Positions 50,111 to 61,640 of a DNA stretch of 64,000 nt are shown here, one piece after another. The position numbers were made by a program, and so were the translations under genes. The DNA comes from Ruditapes philippinarum (lineage: Eukaryota), in the NCBI RefSeq assembly GCF_026571515.1, contig NW_026859203.1, positions 248,001-312,000 on the forward strand. Reading direction: 5' to 3'. The notes below the pieces were generated by a model. That model saw only the letters and a program-made list of their open reading frames with translations, was not told the origin of the DNA and did not search any database. Each line of letters starts with the position of its first letter. Position 1 is the first letter of the stretch.

Positions 50111-53100
50111 CAGAAATTCAATATCAAATAATGTTCAATGGTTAAACAATTTCGACTTTATCATATTATTTTTATATTTGTTCATCTTCATTTAACTGAG
50201 GCTTAATAACGACCAATTTGTGTTTGATTACTAGCATTCATGTTTATCTTGCATTGATTGATTGCACTGAAATGTATTTTTTACTCAGAAATTATGCTAT
50301 ACATAATGATGTGCTAATGATGTGTAAAAATCAAATAGATAATAATTCTGTTCCCGAGCTCCATTGTTTTTAACCAGAAACATTGGCATGTGCTCTTTTG
50401 TTAGGTGAAATTCTTATTGTAATTCTATGGATTGAATAGACAAGGGTCATTGAGGGATGTATGCGTTCGATTTAATTCATGGGATCAGATATGTTTATAT
50501 CAAAAAAATTACTGTTGTTTTATTTTTTCGTTGAATATTTCCTGTCTCAGGCACGTATTTATTTCTTCGAAAACGCATAAGAACATACATATTAAAAAAA
50601 AACCCGATTTGATAATATATGAACTTCAGGACAATGAATGATTATTTCTCTTCATGTTTTACCCATTACTATCTGAAATCTTGCTTAGTTACCGAATATG
50701 TTTCACTTAAAACAAAAAAAAAAAAAAACAACAACAAAAAAAAAACACTCAAACAGACACGGTTTGTTAAAAACTCAAACAGACACGGTTTGTTTAAGTC
50801 TGCTGATGAGAGATAATGTAACAGTACTCTATCTCTTAAGCCTTCATGCACCGGTTAAAGCCTTATGCAAACTTCAACACTAACGTACTGGAGTCGATGA
50901 TCCCAAAAGACTTGAAAAATAAACATCGAAGTAAAATACGGGTCAGCATTTTTGCTGTTGTTGGGTGAAAAATCTGGAAAAGAAGTGATCCCTCGGAAGC
51001 AATGAAATAAACAATATTATATAAAACTTGCATAAGACAACTATATAATCTTTTGCACTTACACATTTCATTATTTAAAAAACTATATTAGGAAGAGTTA
51101 TTACTATCGTCAAAAGTAACAATGCTCATTAATCTCGCTTATATTCTGACAAGTTGTTGCAAGCGAAAACATATATTATATAGACATTATAAATTTGGTT
51201 TCTTTAAAAGTTTAGATCACTAATTATATATCAAATATATAAGAGAATGTGGGAAATGAGTCATGTCTCAGAACGATTTTACATCTTTAAATGGGGAGGT
51301 AATAGATCATTTTCAGACATCATTTTTTTCGCATGTAATAATAGCAACTATTAATGGGAAATTTATTTCTATTTGGTTGACAGAAATCTTGAGCGATATT
51401 GATTATAAAAGTCCTTTAGCAGTGAGTATAGTAATAATGTTTCTCCTAGTGTTATGTATTCCTTTGCCCCTTTTCAAGTTGTGTCTGGTTCACGTTCCGT
51501 GGTCTTCGATAATACACGATATTCATATTATGATAATGGTGTGTCTTGCTATTTTAGCGTCACGTCGAGTTTCATAAAAACAATTACTGTACAATTTCTT
51601 ATTGATTTCCTTCAACAAATTAAAAAATAATTAAAACTTATATCAGATTAAATATGATGGTTAATACAGAGAGGATCCCGTTGTGTGCGTGTAGGTCAGT
51701 ACCCAATTCGAACTTTTACGAATCTCTGGAGAAAAGAATGTGACAAATGAAATCATAATCAAACTAAGTATCAGCTTTGTTCCCAATGCTCAATACTCAA
51801 TGTTCTCTTTAATAATGACGGAAAAAGTAGCCACATGTCAAGAGACCACATTTCAGTGGATTAAGCTTAATAGGAGGCCATTATGTAGAACGTTTGCCAC
51901 TTAATTTTTCAATTTTTGTAGATATTAAAGAATACAGAACATTCTTTAAGATAGAGACATAAATGAGACGGGTAAAAAAAATTTGCACAAAATTTCTGTA
52001 GGAGAAAAAAATGCGATTAAGTTGTCAGCATGTTATGACAAACAACCTTACCTCTTACCTCAATAATATGATGCTTCCATGTGGTTTTGTTTGTTTGTTT
52101 CCTGCATAACCAGTAATTACCAATTTCAAGTAATTTATTTGTATTATATATGAATCAGCGGTTAGAGACAAATGACCATTAGACCTGATGTCCGAGATCA
52201 ATTCTGACGAGAAAGTTAGCCGTGCTCGAGGATTTAACCAACAAACCATAGATATATAATCTAATGCTCTCCCTTTTAAGCTTAGCGGGCGAATGAAATA
52301 TACTTGTATGTATCGTTATATATTTTTCACAAGTTATAACAAGATAAAGCCAGATTTTATTTTGTTTCCTTCTATCAGTTTATTCGACGTTTTCTGAGTA
52401 ATAAGGATATAGCGTGATTCCCAGTAAACATAATTGATATATCATGTCTTCAGGCACTGTTATAATACGTTTGCAACATAATTTGAATATTGGACAAAAT
52501 TACCACTGCATGCAAACCCTGCATTTTTTATTTTCGTATTTTATTAGCTTCTCCTACTGTTTTAATGTCGTGTTATATATCAATTGCTAGTAATAAGCAA
52601 TTTATTTAAATTTGTTTTAATTTTTCCGTATGAAAAATTGATTAAGATTATTTAGTTAGTTTAAGTATGATGCTTTCAAATACCATGATGCAAAGCATGT
52701 TGCTTTAAAACAAGACAAAGCAAAAAAAAACTAAATAAAACAACAAACAAAAATAGCAAATACTTATAGCGACTTGAAACGATTTTGAGTCTATAAGAAA
52801 TGAATGTTTTGCAGTTTTAAAGGCAATCCGTTTTATATTCATAAGGTATTGTTTTTTTTAAATACATGTACTTATTAAGACCATTAACTTTTAATAAAGC
52901 AATTTATGTTTGTATCATTTTTGACTAGAAACGTTTTTTATCATGTCACTGCATTGATTTTTGTTGATAAAGTGCGCTTGATAAAATTAGCGTCATCTGT
53001 CACCCTCAGCTTTATCAGACACCTCATCAATACATATTGAAAAAAATAAAGAGAATAGAATATTTTACCTCTTACTAGTTTTTAAAAAATTAAACTGATA

Positions 53101-53296
53101 AATTTTAAATCAAATACATTTTTGGATTTTAAAGTCTCTCTTACATTTGACTTAAACATTTGGGGCTTTTTCTTAAAGATTTTATTCTCGGCATATTCGT
53201 GAGCGCGTAATGAACCTGTGATGTTCTTTACAAAATTTTGTTTCATTTGCAATTTAAAGGAAGAAACAACGCATTTTAAGATTGCAAACATGATAA

Positions 53297-53417
53297 ATAG
53301 AATACCAAGCAAGTATCTGATATAAAATTCATCAGGCTTGGCACAGCCTTGCCTTTCTTTTTTTCTTAGCTTTGCCTGATGAATTTTGTGATATCAAATA
53401 CTAGCATGTTATTCTAT
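53297..53417. mobile_element. 120-bp palindromic MITE
   Basis: ATAGAATACCAAGCAAGTATCTGATAT-AAAATTCATCAGGC and GCCTGATGAATTTTGTGATATCAAATACTAGCATGTTATTCTAT form an imperfect inverted repeat. Confidence 0.6.
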
Positions 53418-56159
53418 ATAAAAAGTGTAAGTCCTTACGCGTAACTCTTTAAATTAATGTATCATGGGTTGACATTATGCCATACGGTGACAAATATCTA
53501 AAAGATTATGTTTGTCTTAACCCTCCTGGAATTGATAAGATATGTTAATTAAAGTCACTCTCTTTCTTAATAACATGTGAAAAAATCATTTGCATTGAAA
53601 CAACCATGCAAACCACATTTCTTAAAAGAAATAGATGAGACTTAAATGTTTTGATATATTGCAATATTAAAAGATTTTACATAGCTTACAATATTTTTTT
53701 TTAGAATTTGATTAAATTAAAAAAATGCACATTTGTCTTTTAATCCTTGGAAACAACTTGAAGCTTATGAAACTTTGCTACTAGTATAGAGCTAGGAAGT
53801 CCTGCACATCAGTGCACTCTGATCATGCCCTTTATTGTTTGTAGTTTTATCTCTGTATTTTAATATTAAAACTGGCAATTGAAATAGTTGTGAGTGAAAA
53901 CAGATCTATTAGAAAAATTTAGCAGCAGCTTAATTGTTAATTTTACTTGTTTACAATTTTGTTCCAGGATAAATTGTAAATTTGCCACAAATATAATAAT
54001 ATACACTAGTTCTTCTAACCAATGTAAGTTGGTAACATTAGCACCTTTTTGGAGTTTTCATTATTACATTATATCAAGCAAAACAAAATTGTCTTATGCT
54101 CAAAAGTAATGGTAATGATACTGCATTACTTGGTCCAAGTAATGGTAATATACTGAATTACTTGCCCAAAATCAAGTAATGGTACTGGTACTGATACTGT
54201 GCCAAAGCCCACAGTAATGGTAATGGAATGCATTCCTTTTGCAATGTAATGGCCCCAAGCCTGGTACTGGTACAAATCTTGTCAAATTCGGATAGTCAAA
54301 ATGGTCGAAATGTAAATGAGATAGTTTGTAAAATGATTTATTCAAAATATTGTGATGATTACAGTAAAAGCATTCATTTTATACAAACATACACTTTGCC
54401 AGAGTAGTTATTGGCCACTTCTTTTAAGGACAATGTTCAGGATGTCTTAGTTATATTTACATATATTTTTTAACATTTTGTTTTGAGCGTATCTCTGTTA
54501 AATTTTCATATTGCACAAATGTTATTTCTCAATGATCGTCAACGGTTGTGCTCGCCAGACAAAAAGGGCATATACTAATTATTGACAGTTTTGTGAAGAT
54601 TTATATGACAGCGTGGCTGTATTTGAAACATCGTAAAATGTTAGGAACAATTTCATAATGAGCAGTTATACATTCTTTCCATTAGATTTTCAAAACAGTA
54701 CACTTGTCCCGCCGATAAAATTGAAGCAACTGAACTGTTATCATGAAACAATCTTCAGACTCCCGGATAATGTTTTCAAGTATTTGTTGCACTGTATTTA
54801 TTAGTGGATTTATAGCATCTGATAAGAATTGTTGATATTGCTCTCACGACAAAACCATGCTCGCCAGCTTATTCAATAAACGACACAACCATCGTCAATC
54901 TATAATATCAGCAACAAGGTCAATCAGTGGAACATGCTTTACGTTGTTATCTTAAATAATATTTCCTCTTTATTAAATCGATACAATTTTTTTACTCTTT
55001 CTCATTTGTTTGCATAAATTCAATTTTTGTTTTCATAATATATCTATAAACATAATAATAAACAATGAAAGTATTTACTGTTATCAATTTGAATAATGAA
55101 AAACAATCAAATTTTCGGGGGAAATCCTAAGTTCTGGTTTCCAAGATTTAAATTTTTAACTTTATTTATACTTTATTTGAAACAAATTTCAGTTCCATTT
55201 CAATTTATTTGATCTAAAAAGATTTTTTGTTGTGGCTTTGTGTCTTTACTCAATTTGACTTTAACAACATGTGGCAGATGTCGATATTTTCCATCGGAAA
55301 GAAACTTATGCAGAAGTGCTCTGTTGGTGACCAGGTTTGATAAAGTACTAGTAATATTTACTGTTTCATTCATTGTTGATGAACAAACTTTTAAAATTAT
55401 TTAATACAAATACAGCAAAACGTTACACTGCGATATAATGAGTTGGTATACGAGCAATAGAAATCACATATGCTGTCATGGTGTTTGTTTACACGATGCC
55501 ATCGATTTCAAAATGTTCGATTGCAGATAACCGTGCCTTTTTTCCTGATTTATGATTATTTGTCAATTATGCAAATACTATGATTATCAAATATAACTCT
55601 TAATAAAGTGGGAAAGATAAATTATTTTCCAATAAGAATATTTTGATGATAACTTATAGCAATTGATATAAAGAAAGTGTTCTGTGAGAACCGAAATCTT
55701 TGACTATAACTTCTGATGTGTAATTTATTGTTATTATTATAAATTATGTATATAGAATGTTCTATCACACTATCTTAAAAGTTGTCATGCTATGTATTTA
55801 GGTTTTGCTATCCGGTGCTGGGGGCATTGATAATGATATGCATTAATCACAGCCAGCTGCATGACTTGCAATTAAGCCATGTAAGTCAGCTTTCTCATTT
55901 AAATAATGAACATTCTATATGTCAATTCGCCTTATACCACTTTATTTGATTACATAATAACATTAATTGACGAAACTCGTAAAGATGCATAAATGTGACT
56001 TTCATTTAAAGATGCCCTGCAAAAAATGTGCTATAGAATCTTAAATGGGAAATCAAAAGTTTTAATTCAATGTTAGGTGCCTAAAATATTTGAAACGAAG
56101 AAAATTCTAAAGTAAATATGATTTTTTAGCAATAATAATTGCATTCATGGATAATTTAA

Positions 56160-56795
56160 CCCTTTCCCACATGAGCATATTGTGAAAAATGGCCGTTTTC
56201 ACTGAAAACCCTCCTGTTACAAGTTCAAACTGCTATGAAACTATGAAAAATGCTTCAATACTGATCAAACTTGGCACAAATGTTGACTGGACTATTGCCT
56301 TTGTAACAACATGCTCAGTCTCTTAAATTTCCTGTTACCATGGCAACGAGGGGACATCTCAAAATTGCTAAAAATCACTATTTTGCCTCGCTTTTTTCGA
56401 TCAAAATTTATTTCAAAGTGCTGCAACTTCTCAAGGGATTGAGATAGAGTCAAAGGCTTTTCAGCGTTGGTTACAGGTTACCTTATGATCGACCTGGGGT
56501 CATTTTTAGTCTCTCACAAGTCCAAAATTTACTTGGCGATGAGGGGGACTCGCCCCCCTTCAAACCCCCAAACAGAAGGGGGCACATCCCCCTTCTGGCA
56601 ACCCCCTGATGTATCTTTTGGATGGGGGGCGGCGCCGAAAAAGTGCTCACTTTTTAGCAACATTTCTCAAACGAAAACATGTGTTTGGGGCCCAAATAGG
56701 ACATATTTCAAAATTTCATAATTTTACTATTTCAGGCCTACAAAAAAGGGGGGGGGTCGAAAGTGCGTTGTTTCGCGTATATATGAGGTAAAGGG
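56160..56795. mobile_element. piggyBac-like non-autonomous element
   Basis: TTAA|CCCTTTCCCACAT ... ATGAGGTAAAGGG|TTAA, with TTAA TSDs at 56156-56159 and 56796-56799. Confidence 0.7.
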
Positions 56796-59472
56796 TTAAC
56801 AAAAAATTATGAAAAACTTTGGAATCACCCAAAATCTAGTTTTTCCATGTTAACATGTGGTCTTTCACCTAATTTTCGTGAAAAATTGTTGTTTTGTAAC
56901 ATTTATAATTTTTTTAGTTAACATTAATTTCTATTATCTGAGACATAAAGTAGATCAAATCAAATAAACTTTTGAAACAAATTTCATGTGGTAAGTAACT
57001 GTTTTCAAACTAGAATTCACCATTATAATCAACAACCATTTACACGTTTTTGATATATCCCATCGAGTATTATTGATTCTGTAAATGCCTGCCGGGATAT
57101 TTTTAATTCGAAATAAGCAGGGCAATGCATTGAGAGGATCAGGAAATATTACTCAACTCACGACATCAGTAATAAATCTATATCAATTCACACCAGTCGG
57201 TTTAAACTCTACTCATTTAATCAAACTTTCAATATTAAAACTTTACTTCAATATCTAATTTGTAAAAAAAATCTGACAAATACATCGCGTGTTGATCGGA
57301 GCAATGTCTTTAAAAAAAACTCCCAGGACGTCTTTTCCCCAATGTTTTTGTTGAAATAAATTTACCAAATTTTGTTTTTTATTTTTTGTTGCTTAAAAAT
57401 TTTTGTGTGTTTTTTTATTTTTAGAAAAAATGTTGTTAAGATTCAATATATTCCTGTGTTAGTAAACATCGTTATAAATTCAGTAAAAGCTTTTATTCGA
57501 TCGTCTATAAACCGGTGAATATGCTTTTTAATAAATAAAATCTAATACAGTAGTTGGTATTTGCTTTACTAGATTCTTTGTGATATTAACGATTCACACA
57601 AATAATGACTGATTATGTTTTTCAGTTAACACTTATTTGAATCATACTATGGTGAAATTAAAAGAGACCCACAGATGTCCAAAAGCTTAAAGATATAAAA
57701 TTTATAAATCATATAAATCATATATATATCAACTTGCATTTAAAACGTAAAAATATGTGAAAGATAATATGTATTACATGATTTTCATAATATATCATAA
57801 GTTACGTCCTCATGCACTGAGATGACACAGAAAGATATAATTCAACTTATTGGCGACGCCGGAAAGCGGCGTCGTCTCTTATGGAATGCTTTTTATTTTG
57901 GCCTACGGAAGGAGCTGTTATTATTAGCAGTTAATGTGAATGTTCTGTTAATTAGTTTAATTTTGATTCATAAAACTCAAGTAAACAAATATGTGTTATA
58001 TTTGTATTTACCAAGTTTGCTTCTTTAAAAAGAAGCATCGAGAGGTATTTTGCATCTGTGGAAAATTTTGTTCAGTTAGTACATACCTACATGTATTCTG
58101 CTACAGGAATCTTCTAATCACTATATGAAACTTATTATTATTTTCTATGTGTTCGTATATAAATTGTTAATAAAAAAAACTGGTAAAAATGAAAGGTAGA
58201 AAACTAAAGCTAAGCATATAGGTGCTCATGTCCATATATTGAAACAGAGAAAGGATAACATCTTGTAGAATTTTAAACACTAAATATATATTCAGTTAGT
58301 TATATAATAATGTCTAATGAAAGGTTTATAGAGGGACAGTATTTGTTACTCAAAGAGATATGCATTTAATGTTTAGACACTCAGATTACTCAATCTTTAT
58401 TATGTGATATAGACTTTTTGAGATTTTTTTTAGTTTTATACTATACATTATAGTTCTCTTTCTACAAATTTATGAATTCCATCCAAATACCAATGTGTAT
58501 AGGATGATATATTTATTTTTAAAGGAAACTGGGAATTATAAATGTTATGTGCATACATGTATATCTTAGTATATGGATATAATGTGACTTAAAATATTTC
58601 TGTATTTAAAGACTTACAGTTATGATGGATGAGACTTGCATTTAAATTTATAAATGAGATTACTCTACATGTTATAAGTGTTTATGTTAGAATTTCATAT
58701 TTATTTAATAGAAACTGGGAATTATTAATGTTATGTGCATACATGTTTATCTTCGTATATTGATATGATGAGAATCTCAGTTATGACATTATTATTAAAG
58801 GGATGAGACTTTCATTTAAGTATTGATAAGTATATAGATTAAAGGTTTATACCCAGTGTTAGCTGGCTAATAAAAGTATATATAATAGAGTTAAAAGAAT
58901 TCTTGTAAAGGGTGACTTAGCCTGGATGTTATGGTTTATGTTCTGAACTTGTGAGATTTTGCAGGTTACAGAATGACCTATCCAGAAATGAGGTTAAATT
59001 AGTGTCCATTACTAGTGATGCCAGAGTCCATGGTGCAATTCCACCATGAAAACCGACAAAATACAACATTCCGGAACCGGGCGCCAGATGAAAACATGAA
59101 AATACAATCTACCATAAAGTGTTTAGTTTAATACATGTTTCCGCCCGGTGCCTCCTGCTGCAAAATAAAAATCAGCCTCCATAAAATTTCTTATCAAAGA
59201 AAGAAAGGTTAGTTTTTTATATGCACAAAACATAGATATTGTCATGTATTAGTACAGTTATTTTCACTTTTAAATTGGCCTGTTATAAATAATGTCAAAA
59301 CCAAAAACTGTCTCAGCCCTTTTTTAGAAAAAATAATTTAACAATATATAAATTGTTATTTGATTAAGACTATGAGTATGTAAGTGTTGTTCTTATTTGT
59401 GTAATTCAGAATTAAACTACCTGTTAATTAAAAAATCTAAAAGTATCTATCACGGTTTAGAGAAAATGTGTA

Positions 59473-59545
59473 AGCGACCAGATAGCTCAATCGCTACAGC
59501 CGAGGTATATTATTCTGTGGGTCACAGGTTCGAGTTCTGGTCAAG
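59473..59545 (+). mobile_element. tRNA-derived fragment (second degenerate copy ~59694-59750)
   Basis: Box A TAGCTCAATCG and box B GGTTCGAGTTC. Confidence 0.45.
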
Positions 59546-59754
59546 TTGAAAGTTTTTCTCATCATGTGACTGCATATAACCCTGAGTTTCATTCACTATG
59601 CTCTTTAAACATCAGAAATTCAAAGACACAAATCAATATAATCGGGAAATATGTTGTGGTTTAGAACTGTTCATTATTAAAGAGAAAATGTGTAGCCAGC
59701 CAGATAGCTCAGTTGATATTCTGACAGTCATGGGTTTTAGTCATAGCCAGGCAG

Positions 59755-60385
59755 TTTCAGTCAGGGTTTAGAAGTGGTTTTTCAACTGACACATTTTTGA
59801 TTCATTTATCAGATTGTGTTAAATTTGAAATGGGAAAAGGCAGTATTGTATGCATGATACTTTTAGATCTACAAAAGACATTTGATACAGTTGATCACAC
59901 TAAACTACACATGAAGAAGTTCTTCTTCTTTTTCTTCTTCTTCTTCATGAAACTGCAAGCATCTGCCATAAGTAATGACATTCATACATGGTTCTGTCTT
60001 ATTTCTGATGGACAGCAGCTGGTGGATGTGGCTTGTACTCATTCTACTACTGCCCAGAGTACTTATGGTGTCCCCCTAAGGTTCATTATAGGTCCTCTTT
60101 TATGTCTAATATATGTCAATGACATGTTAGCAACCCTAAGCAATAAGCTTTATTATATATGCTGATAACTCAGGTATCCTTGTATCTGGTAAAATAAATC
60201 TGAAGAAATTCTCTCTTATGGCATGAGTCATATTAGTGATTGGTTAATTGAATATAAATTTTCTTTGCATCTTGGCAAGACAGCGTCTATTCTTTAAACA
60301 GGGCCTAGCTTCAATGTCACTTGTAATGGTACTGCTATAAAGTACACATCTTCTGTTAAGTATTTAGGTGCAAAACTTAATAAAA
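59755..60385 (+). pseudogene. CR1/L2-group LINE reverse transcriptase fragment
   Basis: FQSGFRSGFSTDTFL...ILLDLQKTFDTVDH...YGVP..FIIGPLLCLIYVNDM, then frameshifted YADN and VKYLG. A (TTC)n insertion lies at ~59919-59946. Confidence 0.85.
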
Positions 60386-61223
60386 TTTTTTGGCGTCGCC
60401 TTTGATGCTTTGCACAGCTGATAGCTGATAATGGTAACATATCAAGAACAAATGCCTAATATATTCCAGTCATTTTATTCGACATCATCTATTTAGTTGT
60501 ATTGGTATTAATTTTGTAACGCACCTTCTTTTTGGATAAAAACATACTAGATGGTTTTTAGAACGCTTTCACTGAGTATATAGTAATAATTCCTTTTAAC
60601 AAAGAAATTGCAGTGTTTGAATTTTTAGTACAGCAATCAGCTAAAAGCTATAATAATTAGAAGCGATCGTTTGATGCCTTCTGTTTAGACAAAGCGTGAC
60701 CATTATATCACAAATGTGACCATTGTATCACAAATGTAGAAATAGATTACCGTCAGATTTATTACGCAGTTCTGAATTGTCCTAGTAGAAATAAATTCCC
60801 AGAAACAAACAGACAGTTTGACAATGTCAATATACTGAGTAAGAAATCACTTGATTTTCCGTTGTAATACAGTCTCTGATGAATTATTTAAAGCACGATT
60901 ACTCTTCAACGAACAACCCTTAAAGCAGTTAAGCATTTAATGTGACTTGATTTTTTCATTCAATTTAAAATAGCGCATATTGGAGGAAATTACAGCGTGT
61001 ATCAAGCACTTCTATTAGGATATAGGGGGACAAAAATATTGTTGGAATAGATATTGCGGTGACACGTTGCTTTTAAAAAATTGAGAAAACAGTGCATATT
61101 TACATATTAACTGATACATTATTGTGTTAAGCAAGCTGTTCTTAAAGAAAGCATTACTACAGGAAAACGTTTCAAACAAAAACTACTGGTCAATTGATAA
61201 TACTAACACTGGTTTTCACAAGA

Positions 61224-61385
61224 ATGCATAGACTTCGACGACTACGATCTCGTTTATTAAAGTATGACCTTGCTAAAGAAATCGAGTGTTACACTATTGA
61301 ACTCCCGAATCCCCTGGCAAGACTGAAAAAGAGAGGTGATTGTGACAGTACTGACAATATCTCGCGGAATCAAAATATATTCAAG
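61224..61385 (+). CDS. Putative first coding exon of an unidentified gene (copy B)
   Basis: Same 162-nt ATG..AAG|gtaaga exon as 49142-49303, with Q12L. Confidence 0.5.
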
Positions 61386-61580
61386 GTAAGAGTTGAATAA
61401 ATAAGAAGTGTATGAATTGTCCTTTCGTTTATGTCATTTGTATTCAAGCATGTCTTCTGTTGTCCTTCTATTGGAAATACATTTACATCTTTGGTGTTAT
61501 GTCACTTATTCTTTTCCAGATTTTTATTTAGATTTGATATAATTACAGTTATAATGATTATAAACTGATTATATACTAAA

Positions 61581-61640
61581 ATGATGATGATGATGATGAT
61601 GATGATGATTATGATGACGATGATGATGATAATGATGATG
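61581..61640 (+). repeat. (GAT)n microsatellite
   Basis: About 20 GAT units, versus about 5 at the paralogous site ~49471. Confidence 0.85.

Larger units (their letters stand above)
57851..60413 (-). mobile_element. Helentron-like non-autonomous insertion carrying LINE RT and tRNA-derived fragments
   Basis: Absent from copy A (empty site CTTAT|ACAACTG at ~48331). One end is the hairpin GGCGACGCCG-GAAAG-CGGCGTCGTC; the other end carries subterminal GGCGTCGCC. No TSD. Internal ~187-bp tandem duplication (58524 and 58711). Confidence 0.6.

Noticed and set aside
55232-55880. Candidate downstream exons for the orphan gene (~55232-55334 and 55802-55880)
   Set aside because: 55802-55880 has good splice-like ends, but joining needs a weak AAG acceptor and the peptide is unrecognisable. 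Insufficient support.
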